From assembly GCA_964106645.2 (NCBI GenBank), contig OZ067044.1: 64,000 nucleotides of DNA, one strand, 5' to 3'. This document shows positions 34,135 through 46,692 of this stretch, one piece after another. The DNA comes from Podarcis pityusensis. Its lineage: Eukaryota. A model generated the notes under the pieces. It did no database searches and was not told where the DNA came from. It saw only the letters and a program-made list of their open reading frames with translations. The position numbers were made by a program, and so were the translations under genes. Numbering within the stretch: position 1 is the first letter of the stretch; each line of letters begins with the position of its first letter.

Positions 34135-36446
34135 TATTTCAGCTTATAATTTATGGAATGCAAATGGCAATACAACAAAATACAACATAAGACGTAAAAG
34201 CGTTTCCAGCATGACAAATTTCAGTTGCTACAACTGGCAGAAAAATCACCACATGGTCCACCAAGCCTAATAGCAATTTTAAAGTGGTCCATTGTGATAG
34301 TGGTGGGATGTTGGGAACCACTGATATAACAGAAATTTAGACCACTGCAAGAATGGTGTGTGCTAAAACAATGGCATTAATGGCGTCATAAGGAGAAGCA
34401 AGAGATTGGGGGAGCCCCTCCCACTCAGCTGGGTTCCAGCTGAGAAGCATCCAATGTCCCAGCCAAAAGGCCAGCTTTAGACTGCTGAAAGTGTGGCACA
34501 TCCCACATACACAACATTAACATTAACCAAATAGAAGAATTTGTGAGCCTATATAAACCTAGCCTCTTGATTACTCCCAAGTAACAAATGAGATTTCTTC
34601 CCCCTGTGGTTTGCTCATCTTTGGCTAAAACACTATTCGTCCTGACCTTTAAAAGAAAATCCATCACTAACAATGTATTGGGGGGGGGGGGAACATCACT
34701 GCTAAGCATGTAATTGCTATTAGTGTGGATAGCAGCAAATATGTTCAGTGCCAAATCTTTCTTTCTCCTTAAGTGTATGAATAAAAGGAGGGGGGAGTAT
34801 TTGTGCAAAGCGGACAAAAGATAGACATGACTAATTATGTCACCATTATCAAAAGAGATGATCTATCTTCCTATCTTTATCCAGAATTCCTCTTGGCTGA
34901 AATTAGTCGTATCAATATTAGTAGTAATAACGATGATAATGTTCACTATTTCAATTTTTGTTTTAGCGGAGACAATAAACAAATGGATGGGTGGGAAATT
35001 AGCCTAGGGAACTTTCGATTTCTAATGCAGACACATACATATTACTTGTTAGGCAGCTGAGGAAATTTAACCTGTGTGACTTTTCCTCACAGACATCCTC
35101 AGACAAGCTTATTTCAGTCTCATTTTTGCTCCACATTGTTCGTAGGATGTGGCCACCGTTTCTCATTAACATTCAAGGGGGTATGGGGCTGTGTAGAGAC
35201 TGCTGTGTATATTATGCATACAAAATCATTGTTCAAAAAGATTTCTACTGCCTATTCCCTTGTAACACCTCTGTACTTGAAATGTAGTGTGCCTGTACCA
35301 ATCAGAAAATGGAGTGATCATAACCTCTTTGCTTACATTGAAGGGAACTAAAAAAAAGAAGAATTCTCGACTGTCATATCAATGGGCTAAAATCCTTCTT
35401 TACTGAGCAGGCTCAAAATATTTTAAAAATGGTAAACACTAACCATTAGATGCAAGTTATGTATGCTTTGCAGAGCTTTAAAGGCAGACCGCTTCAGCCG
35501 TGCAGGTGCCTGTGGGGGGGTCTTCAGCAACTTGGGTAACCAAGTCAGTCAAAAGAATGGCTCCAAGAAGTACATGGGGAAGTTCATATATTTTTAAATT
35601 CCTAGATTATACCAATGATATGCTGATACATTCGGAGGCAGCAGTGCCTGGAATACATATTAAGAGTATCACTACTGGCACAAAAGGGACACATCATTCC
35701 CGTGCTCTGGTGATGGATGCTAAATCCCCCCACTGCATCAATAACTGTTGGCACTGCTATGCCATTATGATGCCTTTTAATATGATACTTTTACATTTTT
35801 ACAAAATGCTTCCTAGCAGTTTCGATTATGCCCACCCCCACAACAGCCCTGGGTCTGCATAAGCCCCCAAGATTTCTCTTGCAACTGCGCAATTTTATTT
35901 TTTTAAAAAAAGATTCAAATCTGTTTTGAGTTGTTCTGTGTTCTCTCCACTGAGCTGCTCTGTATAAAACCAAGCTCTGTGTTTGTGACTCACTATAATG
36001 GGAAATCTAAAAATGGCTCCATAATCCATTATGAAGGTTTTGTCTCTTGGTTTTCCTTACCTTAAAACGATTAAGAGGAGGCTGAGTGGTGTGAATTTCT
36101 GCTCGTACTTTTTTTAAAACTGCAGCTTCACTCCGACTTTTCCTTTCTGGTGCTCGTGTCCTCGGAGAGGTCTTAAAATGAAAGGCTGTTTTGAGATGTG
36201 ACATATTTTTTAAATTGTTAAAGTAGTACAATGTATAGGGTTTTTTTTGTTTTTAAAAGCTAAAGATGAAGCTTTTGATTTAAGCAAAATTTGTTGCTAC
36301 TTTGATTTAATTACAAATCAATCAATCCAGAATACTTCAGGCAGCATTTTGGACAGCCTCACTTACTGCTAACTCCATGGACCGGGAGACACATTAAGAT
36401 ATAGGAAAAGATAAAGCTTTCAGGTCATAAAAAGTAGAAATAACTG

Positions 36447-37070
36447 AGTGACATGAGGCTTTATGGGGCCCTGATTTGACTTGGGGAGAGGGTTATTGGC
36501 ATGACTCTTTGACTCAGGAAAGGGGGAATCATCTCATTATTTGGCATACAGAGATCTGATGCACACCCCATGGGATTGGTGGTGGGATGGCGATGAGTGG
36601 TCAGAGGGAGAAGACTGGGTGGAGGAGGTGTCAGAAGCTGAAGAGGTATTAGGGCTTGGTGAGGAGGGAGATAGAAGTGCAGAAGCAAAAGGAGAAGAGT
36701 GGGATGAAGAAGGCCAAGAGTCAGAGATGGGTCAGGCTGGTGAAGAAGCACAGGGGTCTCCTCCTCCTGCTGCAACAAGCTCCCCTCCCCCATGGCCTCC
36801 CAGAACCAGAAGAGGCATGAAAAGGGTGGGTAAAAGGCAGGCATACTGGCATAGTCTCAGATTGCTTAGGAAAAACCCAAGAAAGAAGACTTAGACAGCT
36901 GTGGGAAGGTGGGAACCATTATTCTCCTCAATGCCTCAAATGGCAAGGCCTGGCACTCCTGAGAAGAAACTCCTGTTTCTTCTAATTAAGAGTTCGCTTC
37001 ATTTGCTCCATGTGATTTATTGCTGTCTTTAGAATTCCAGTGGGTGTGGGGATTAATCTTATCATTGCAA
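36447..37070 (+). mobile_element. Probable degraded Gypsy-type LTR relic with an acidic/Pro/basic ORF; boundaries approximate
   Basis: Purine-rich island; ORF 36541-36894 has the same acidic, Pro-rich, Arg-rich order as the LTR-encoded Pol tail; no TSD resolved. Confidence 0.4.
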
Positions 37071-38252
37071 GGTAGTCAGGTGCAGTGTTTGAGTTTTTCT
37101 TTCCATTTATCCTGCATTCTGCAGGCTTCCTGTTTGCCCATAGTTCCTGATCTGAAAAAGCCCAGTGGGAGGAGTTATCTCATTATGCCCCTGCTGTAGG
37201 CTTTAATTGAAATGCCAGCACCTGAGAAGGCTGCCAAGTGAGATGATTTGTAGGATGAAAGGACACTCACAAACACCATTGGACACTTCAAAATCAAGGT
37301 AAACATGGCAAGAGCCTTGCACCTAAATTTCATATCTGCTTTGTTACTTTTTGGATGCAATTTCTTTTCTCTTTTATTGATGGGAATGGTAGAAAAAAAT
37401 ATGGGAGATTTTTTGGCAAATCACATTTTTCAGACTAAACTAAAACAACAAGAGGAAACTCTTGGAGGAAGCACCAGGAAATGCTCTCTGGAATCTGAGA
37501 AGCTACAAGTCTTCCATCTGAGATAACCTTTGTAAGCCTTGTTGCTCATCATTTCTGAATTTTCCCTTTAACACACCTCAAATAGGAAGCCTTTTGGAAA
37601 TATTGTAAATTGGATGTATTTTCTGTTAAAATTTGCAAAACTTTTGTTTAAAGAAAAACACATGTTTGATATTTCCTTTTTCAGCAGTTTTGGCATCTTG
37701 TAATACAGAATATTTCTTAATATAGTAGCAAAACAGGTGAGTAGCACCAACTTCAGTTGTCCTTAGTTCTTATAAGCAAAAAGAAAGCCTTATTGATTTC
37801 ATGCTGAAAAATGCACCATACCTGCGAACTATATGTATGAAGCTATACTTACGAACCTGAAAGTAAGTCCCTATTGAACAAATGGTGCTTACTTCAAAGT
37901 TGATTGCACTGCATGTTATCTTATAAAATTTAGCACAAGAAAGAGAGAGCTGGTACACACACGCCAACTGCCACATTAAAGGGGTGGTTTTGTGTCCTTC
38001 AGTCTCAACTTCAACAGTGAATGCAGGGCTGCTCCAATTATTCTGGGTTTTTTTTAATAGCAAAGCTAATGATTTTTTTTAAAGCCAGGCAGAACTATCC
38101 TCCATAAACCACATAGAAAAATGGTTTGTGCACAATGTAGAGCCAAGTGAGTGTCCTGCCATTTAAAAAAACCGTCAGCAGTGTTTCAGGGTAAAATGTG
38201 TGACTTCAGGAACCTGTACATGTTGTAATTTCATCCTAAGCAAAATAAGTTT

Positions 38253-38253
<1 letters not shown>

Positions 38254-38292
<39 letters not shown>

Positions 38293-38306
38293 GTAGTAGT
38301 AGTAGT
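38254..38306. repeat. (AAT)n(AGT)n microsatellite
   Basis: Direct reading. Confidence 0.9.
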
Positions 38307-38922
38307 TTCTACCCTTGCATTTAGGGCAAGCCCTAACAGAAGCATAATACTGGAAAGATGTTACATTAAAATTTGCCTTTCAAGAGAGGGGTTGGGGGAC
38401 TTAGCAGTATCAGCATGATTTGGAGAGGTTGTATTTGAAATGGGGGTGTGAAAAGTATGGAAGAGCATTGCATGAGCTCCAAAGTGAGGGAGAACTTAAT
38501 GTAGTCTTGTGTTTTCACTTCCCAGTGATGATGGACACTTCTTTTATTAATAGTTACATGTGAGTTAACAGCATCCCCCTTGCAGATGCCCCTTAACCAC
38601 TCTAACATTCTCTACCAATGAATATAAATGACTAATCTAATCAGTTTCCCTTAACCACCTTACCATCTCTTATCCTGAAATTGAAATGCCTCCAGCAAAA
38701 TTTATTTCAGTGCTGACCCCTACCCATTCTGACATACCTTATTTTGAATTCTAATACCACTTCTCTCGTGGCACTTATTTATAGGCTCCCACCCCACAAA
38801 CTATTGTGCCTATTGCCACAATGTCTCAGTTCTTCACATCACTTAAGGAACTTTCTCTCAAAATCAGTATGAGAGAGATATGCACCAATAATGTCCTGAT
38901 TTTGTGGTTGGGGTTCAAACAG

Positions 38923-39011
38923 TGCATCCTATGCATGTCTACTCAGAACTAAGTCTCACTGATTTCACTGGAGCTTACTTTTAAGGAAACTTGGGTAGGA
39001 TTGCAGCCTAA
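38923..39011. mobile_element. Short palindromic MITE-like repeat (multi-copy family)
   Basis: tgcatcctatgcatgtctactcagaa..aagtc..actta..taggattgcagcc; relatives near 17570, 23965, 37830, 46980, 55240. Confidence 0.5.
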
Positions 39012-42000
39012 GAATTTGCAAGTTGACTATTTTATGCAGGATACCCATGGCAAAATCAGTAGCATAGTTTTAAGAGCTCCATTGCTCCACCTTAGCTACA
39101 GAGCACATTGAACTTTGCACTTAATATTAGTGCATACAAATAGCATGTATGCAGGCTATTTGCCTAATTTAAGTCCTCTTGGAAATTCATCAGCATTTTA
39201 GTGTGAATTTCTATTAATATACAGATTTTATATACAGTTTTGCCTAACATGAACATTTTGCAAATCAACTCTCCCTAATGTAATGTATTTTTAGTGTGAA
39301 ATTTCCTCTAACATATGCACATTTTATCCCATTATATATATTCTTGTGCATATTATTTGGCTACAGAACTGCACTGCAATATTCAGATAAGTGTGAATTT
39401 TGGAAGAAGGCTCTTGTGTTTTCATTCTAATACCTTTTTGGGAAACGTGAATTAAGTAGACTTGACTTTAAATGTGAACAGAATCAAATTTCTTCCTCAT
39501 CATTAGTTGAGCATCAACCCTTCTTCCATTTTGGCTCAAAGTGAGTACAATACATATTTCTTTGCTAAGACATGCTTCTGCCGGGAGCTTATTGCTGAAA
39601 GTATTATGTACTCCACTTTGCTATTTAAAGAACCTGTGGTGTATCAGGAGATGTGTTTTTTTTAATCACAGTTATTTTTACCTGCTGTTGGGGTTCATAG
39701 ACTCCTGGTTTGTGATAGTTTTAATATGATTGATGGGTTTGGGGGCTTGTATTGTGTCCCATCATGTGATCAGTTCTTATGAAGGGTGGCTTAAAAAAAC
39801 CAACAGCAGATATATCTGTTAAGTATAATTGTTTAATTGACACTGAAATGGAGAATGTCTAAATGTGTATTGCAAACACTGGAGTTTTTCCATGGTACCA
39901 TACTGAGCTTTAACTAGTTGTAAATTAACTGAATGTTCTCTGCTGAAGGTATTTGGTTGCAAATCTCCTTTTTTAAAGGGAGTTGCCTTTAGTCTTTTGT
40001 TCCCAGACTTATTGGGAGTAAGGGTGTGCAAATGAGCCTCTCTGTGAGTAAATACAGCTCCAAGCAAAATGGAGGACAGAGAGAGAGAGAGAGAGAGAGA
40101 GAGACCTTTGATTTTAGGTGGTGTGTTTGGAATTATCTTTTATTTCTTATAAGAAAATGAGCCTGTGTTGGACATGCACAAGGTATTGTATGGAATTATT
40201 TGGACACATCTTTGATATTTTTGTTCTGTTTTGAAGCAAGTTCTGCAAGTAAAGTTTTGAATTATATCTAATAGATCTGGACAAAGTTTTATTCCAAAAG
40301 GAGTCAGTTTTGTATGTATCCTTGTTGATTCATGCTGCATAATATTAATATCTGCAATAATATTTCCGTCATTGCTCTCCATCCATGGAACCCCTGATCC
40401 TCTTTCTTTTTCAACCACATCCTTAAGTATCCAAAATAATCATCTCCCATAATATACATCATGCCCTGGGTTTTATCTTTTCTTATTGATCAGTTGATTT
40501 AGATTTCTTCCCGACTCATTCCTAAGGGCTCAGCTCATATCACAGTATATCCTTTGTTCATTTTAACTCTGTAAAAAAACCTTTGAGGAAGATTAGGTTG
40601 AGAATGTCCAGAGGTTACCCAGTGAGCATCATAGCTTTCAACTGTTATGCCTAACTGCAGTGGTCAAAGAGAGGCCTCTAGAAAAATCAACTCAACTGAT
40701 ATGGCTGCTTCAATTATCTTGAGATTACCTGGAGTTACATCACTGGCTGTTTCACTCACTTCATCCACCTTAAGCACTATAAAAATATAGATGTTCACAG
40801 TGGGTTATGGCAAATTGAAAGGAGAGCAAACAAAATCGGGGGATTAATTTCCTCCATGCCAAGATATGAGTGCATAAATGAAAATACAAACCTAAATTCC
40901 TAGGCTGAGCCACAGCTATCAATGCACAGGGTGAATCCGTGCCAGAAAATGGAGAACATCTCTAATTTTGAAAAAGCCCACTCATGTGACTCATACATTT
41001 GCTTCTGTTACCCATGCATCCCTGTTAATGATAATCTCATTTCTAATGACCTGGAAGATGACAAAAATACAAAAGACCCACTACACTGCTTTTTAGCACA
41101 CAGCCCTCTTTTCATTCGCATATTCAGAAAACTCTTTCAGGAAGAATGCATTTATAACACCATTGTGGTAGGACCTTGGCAATAATAACATCTCAATAGC
41201 CAGAATCACTTACAAAGGGAGGGTGAGTGGATAGGGGGCTTTGGCCCTGAACCCTCAGTTAAGTGAGTTTCCCCCACCCCTTAACACACTCCCTGTGGTA
41301 CATTAAATTTTACTGATATCTAATAGCTTCACTATCTCTGGCCTTGATTTTATTAACCTAAAGGACTGAAGAATAAAAGACATATACTGCTGACAGGTTA
41401 AAAATTCCTTAACAAAGGTATCATTAACGGCTCCTCAGAATATGCAGTGAAGCGACCTATAATACTCATTCCAGCAGACATTTATTATTTTGGACTCAGT
41501 AATTTTCCATGAAGGATGTTTTGATGGGTTTTATGTCTTTATGTGAAAGTCTAAAAAAAGAAGAAGCAAAGCTGTTGCCTGCATTAAAATCTTACCTTCT
41601 TGTTCCTTCTTTCTCCTATTTCTCCAAGCAACTGTTAGCGACGAAGCAGTGTATAGCGATACAGATGTGATAACCAGCAACTTTGGCCTAAACGCTTCTC
41701 TCAAAATGATGTCAAATGCTATCTGATAATCAATATCTCGGCTTGTGGTTATGGGCAAATGTGTTTCTAAATGTGTAACTGTTGGTTGCACTGCCGACAA
41801 ATGCAACTGTTGGGGATTTAGGACAATTTGGGTGCTGACGTGATGAGTCTAGAAAGCAAAAGGGTTGTGTGACTTAGAGTTAGCTATGGTCACCAACCTT
41901 TTAGGGTCAGTGGGCATATTTGGAATTTTAGGAAAGTGCTGTGGATATCAGTTACAAAATGGCTGACATGGGGTGTCGTATAATGGCTGCCACTTCTAAA

Positions 42001-42566
42001 AGAACAGGAAAAAAGACAGGAGCACAAAATGGTGTGGACATGGGCTCCATCAGCCACCTCATCAAAGTGGGGGGTGGGGAGACACCTACATCAGCCACCG
42101 CCATGCTCACTCACAGAGAAGATCTTTGCACCTCTCCTCTGTTCAGAAGAAATGGAAAAGTGGGCCTCAAATCCTGGCATCCAACAAAATGTCTGTTTGT
42201 TTCAGGGGTTGTATTCAATTAGAACCAGTGCAAACAGTAATTGCACAGGAAGAACAATTTCTCATGTATTGTATATTTCTGAGTATGCATGTATGGAGAC
42301 CTTTTGAGGATGACACAGGAGGTATTGGCAGGCATTCTGGCACCTGTGGGACCATGTTAATTAATTTTAAGGTCAGTCTTATGGGGACAAGTACAGGCTG
42401 TGCTTAATTTCTAAAATGAGATGAAGTGCCAGAGGCTGGCCTCTGATCTAGAAGCCTGTATGAAATGATCAAGCAGGACCTGGGTACAAGAGCACTGTCC
42501 CCTCCTATGGTTTCCACCAACTGATATTTAGAAGCATTACGGCCTCTAACTGAATCTAAGCAGATA

Positions 42567-42792
42567 CAGTGGTACCTCGGGTTACAAACACTTCGGGTCA
42601 CAGATTCCACTAACCCAGAAATAGTACCTCGGGTTAAGAACTTTGCTTCAGGATGAGAACAGAAATCATGCGGCAGCGGCACGGCAGCAGCAGGAGGCCC
42701 CATTAGCTAAAGTGGTACCTCAGGTTAAGAACGGTTTCAGGTTAAGAACGGACCTCCGGAACGAATTAAGTTCATAACCAGAGGTACCACTG
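42567..42792. mobile_element. Tc1/mariner-pogo-type MITE, copy 1
   Basis: TA + CAGTGGTACCTC ... GAGGTACCACTG + TA. Confidence 0.9.
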
Positions 42793-42854
42793 TACATATC
42801 TAAGCAGAATAACTGAGATCCAGTTCTGGGGGCTTTTTGGCAGTTCTCTCACTG

Positions 42855-43520
42855 CGAGAAGTGAAGTTACAGGGAACCAGGAAGAGGGCCTTCTCGACAG
42901 TGGCATCTGCCCTGTGCAACGCCCTCCTATCAGATGTCAAGGAGATAAAGAACTACACAACTTTTAGAAGACATCTGTAGGGATGTATTGGGAAGTTTTT
43001 TTATGTTTGTTTGTTTGTTTTCAATTTATTTATTTGGTTTTTCAAATTAAATTTTTACAGATATATCAAACATTAAAGAACAAGATTCCAAGGAATCTCC
43101 TGGACTTCCATCCTTCCCTTTGTGGGTCCTATTATTAATCATTTCCTCCTGCATCTATTATGATGATCCAAGTCTTTCACATCTCCATTGTTTCCAGAAT
43201 TCACCCTTAAACTACATGTGATATTCCAATCCTACTAACAAGTGATATTCCAATCCTACTAACTGTTTACAATGGTCTTTAATATAAGTTATAAATGTTC
43301 TCTAATCCTTATTAAAACTTTGGTCTTCCTGATTTCTAATTCTTCCGGTCAATTTAGCCATTTCAGCATAATCCATCAACTTCATTTGCCATTCTTCTCT
43401 GGAAGTTTTTAATGTTTGATATTTTATTTTGTTTTTCTATGTGCTGGAAACCACCCAGAGTGACTGGGGCAACCCAGCCAGATGAGTGGGGTGAAAATAA
43501 AATAATGTTAATGATGATGA
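42855..43520 (+). mobile_element. L2-type LINE 3' fragment interrupted by an L1-like insertion
   Basis: gggccttctc..gccctgtgcaacgccctcctatcagatgtcaagg..ttttagaagacatctg, resuming at 43401 with ccacccagagtgactggggcaacccagccagatg. Confidence 0.7.
43001..43400 (-). mobile_element. L1/Tx1-like LINE 3' fragment
   Basis: Minus strand encodes REEWQMKLMDYAEMAKLTGRIRNQED, homologous to the end of ORF 60645-61040; A-rich tail; 10-bp TSD GGAAGTTTTT (42991-43000, 43401-43410). Confidence 0.8.
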
Positions 43521-44328
43521 TGTCAGTGTTTGCCTAGTGTGTATTCCCATGCCAGCAAAATGCACATGCTAGTGATGTGTTGTTGCACATTTTGCTAGCT
43601 AGGGGTGGGGCTAACTTGCATGGCCTTGTGATCTCCCTCAAATGCATTGGTGGACCTCTGGTCTCCCCCAACTAAGAGAAACTGTTGTACACACACACAC
43701 AAAATCACAATTTGTATATGTGAGCATTTGTGGAGGAAGCTGCATTGCACTGGCAGACTGTACCACATCCTCAGACTACGACACTTTAAATATACCATGT
43801 GCTCAATAGGAGGCAAATTTTCACCCATGTGAATTGGTGTGAACATGAGTTGGTGGGCACAGCATTTTGTACGAAGGGCACATGAACCTGGAGGACCTTG
43901 TGCTGACTATCTTGTTCTAGAGATTTTGTGAGTTTAATACTGTGGAGGCAGCCTTTTTCTTCATTCCAGAAAGATTCATTGTAAATAAATCAATGTCAGG
44001 ATGCACTAATTCCTGTGATTAGTGTGGTCTTTAAACACCGACCTCTATTTAGTTCTAAGCTTGACATTTCCATCTTTAGTGAGACACACAAGTTAATTTT
44101 AGAATCAACTCATTAACCTGTATATTTTAATTCACTTTATCTGCTTTTACTGAACTTGATCTGACTGCAGCTAATGTTAATTTTGTCATTGATTTGTGCA
44201 AGCAGGATTGCATCCACTTTATATGTCCTGTACACTTAAAGAGTGTAATCTGTTGTGAGAGGATTTCAGCGATGGATAGCTGCATACCCACAGAGCTAGG
44301 TGGTACTGTGGTTGTTGGCAGCTCTGAA

Positions 44329-44367
<39 letters not shown>

Positions 44368-45597
44368 TGACCCACAAAGCAACAGTGTGATTTTTTTAAA
44401 AGAACAACTACTGTATCACTCAGGCAGAATCCCCCCCCCCCCATTGTAAAATAAAATAAAATAATTTCACAATTCAATCTGACATTTCTTCTCTGGATTT
44501 TGTATGAAATGGCCAGACCAGGTGTATATGATCTAGGATAGCAAAGGTTTTGGGGTGATTTTGCAGCAAAATATACTTCTGGACTCCAGAAAAACTTCTA
44601 GAAGAGCCTCCCACCATCTAGTGCCCTCCAGGTATTTTGAGCTATGGCTCTCACCATGCCTCAGCCACCAGGATCGCTGGCCAAGGATGATGAGAGTAGC
44701 AGTCAAAAATATTTGGAGGTCACCACTACTAGAGGCCAATTGAGAAACAGGTCAAGAACTGCTAGGGTGCTGTTGGCACCATCATGTGGCCTGTGCATAA
44801 AATCTGGAGGACATAATGGCCTTCTAGAACACAGAAGTTGGCCACATCCATCTTCATCATAGCTTCCTGGTTCTCTCTGAAATGAATCCATTTGTTCTTT
44901 TCTTATCCTTCCTGAAAAAGATTCAAGATCCACCAGGGATTTTTCACTTCGCAGAGTAACTCACAACACCATATATTTCTTACACAAGGAGAAAAGTACA
45001 AAATGTACCAACCCAGTTCCTGTGGGCCTCCATTAAAATAGTACGTGTGCCAGGAGTGGCGATAGGGTAGAATGAAATGCATAGTTCTGGCCCTGATCCT
45101 ATGGGTCAAGATCCAAACCTCAGCTCAAATGCTGGGTGCAGCATCCATCCCTGGTATTGATGTTCGTCTGTTTTAATGCATAGCAGAGCAGTATGGTGCA
45201 AGTGGGTGGGGTGGGGATGGCCAACAAGATGGCCTTTTAAGCAGAATCTTATGAGCTGTCAACAGGCATCAGAGGTGATGACAATGTAGAGATTCTGAGC
45301 CACATTCCACAGTAGTACACTATTTATTAAAGCACTGGAGCAGAACATAACTTTGCCAAGTCTGCAGTCAAAGATATTGTTTGCACTGCTGTAGCTGAAA
45401 ATTCATTAGTTTGGTCAGCCAAAACAGTAATCTCCACTTGAATATAGAATGCTTAAATGAATATATTATGTAACTGATATCTGTTTATTTATTTTTAAAT
45501 ATTTCTAGTTGCCTTTCTGGGTAATCATCTTTCAAGGTGGCTTGCAACATTAGCAAACAAACATAAATGCCAACAATGCAACCAAAAATAAAAACTA

Positions 45598-45905
45598 TCA
45601 TAGAATTGTGGATTTGGAAGGGACCTGAGTGCTATCTAGGCCAACCCCCTGCAATGCAGGAATCTTAACTAGATCATACATGATACAAGGCCATCCAACC
45701 TCTGCTTAGAAATCTCCAAAGAAGGAGAATCCACTACCTCACGAGGGAGTCTGTTTCACTGGCGACCAGCTCTTACTGTCAGAAAGTTCTTCTTGATGTT
45801 TAGTTGGAATTTCTTTCCTTGTCATGATGTCTTTCAAATCTCCTCTCAGTCTCCTCTTTTGCAGGCTAAACATAACCAACCCCCTCAACCGCTCCTCATA
45901 AGGCC
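45598..45905 (-). mobile_element. CR1 LINE 3' fragment
   Basis: tcatagaat..ttggaagggacc..tctag.ccaacccc tail; cagaaagttcttcttgatgtttag (LNIKKNFLTV on minus strand). Confidence 0.85.
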
Positions 45906-46015
45906 ACTGAGAGCCAGTAAAAATAATACTCAGCCAACTATATAAAGCTGCCTTATATTAGGGGATATTCGTGCAAACACTCCTCTTGCATTGAGTTCAT
46001 GTACGGTACACATTA

Positions 46016-46256
46016 CAGTGGTACCTCGGGTTAAGTATTTAATTCGTTCCGGAGGTCCGTTCTTAACCTGAAACTGTTCTTAACCTGAAGACCACTTTAG
46101 TTAATGGGGCATCCTGCTGCCACCGCGCCGCCGGAGGACGATTTCTGCTCTCATCCTGAAGCTAAGTTTTTAACCTGAAGCACTATTTCTGGGTTAGTGG
46201 AGTCTGTAACCTGAAGCGTATGTAACCTGAAGTGTATGTAACCCGAGGTACCACTG
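46016..46256. mobile_element. Tc1/mariner-pogo-type MITE, copy 2 (inverted relative to copy 1)
   Basis: TA + CAGTGGTACCTCGGGTTA ... TAACCCGAGGTACCACTG + TA. Confidence 0.9.
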
Positions 46257-46544
46257 TATTTGCTTGGAGAACTACATTGCAAAATTCAAAGTGTGCAAAT
46301 TTTGATGGATAACTGCGTTTCAGTTTGCTTATTGGTTTGAGAAGTGCAAATTAGGTAGTTTCTCGTTCGAATGCATACAACATCAAATTTCCCTCATCCC
46401 CAATTGGCAGAGCTCCATCACATATAAGCCAAATGTGCGGATGACAAGGACTTTTGACTGCCATGCATAGTGGTGGGGACAGTGGATTCGGCTGTACAGA
46501 TTACACTTCTGGAACATATAGGGGCATCATCTGATTCCTCCCCC

Positions 46545-46692
46545 CCTTGTTGACTCAAACCATTGATCTGTCTAGGCAAGCATTTCTAAGCCAGCTACCT
46601 GAGATTGTTTAATTGGAGAGATTCCAGGGATTGAACTTGAGACCTTCTGAATACAAAGCATATGCTCTACCACTGAGCTACAGTCTTTCTCC
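46545..46692 (-). mobile_element. tRNA-derived SINE (Squam3-like), partial
   Basis: Minus-strand head ctgtagctcagtggtagagcatatgctttg..aaggtctcaagttcaatccc. Confidence 0.6.

Noticed and set aside
46600-46692. Functional tRNA gene
   Set aside because: Degenerate SINE head without a complete cloverleaf; the same applies to the other tRNA-like heads
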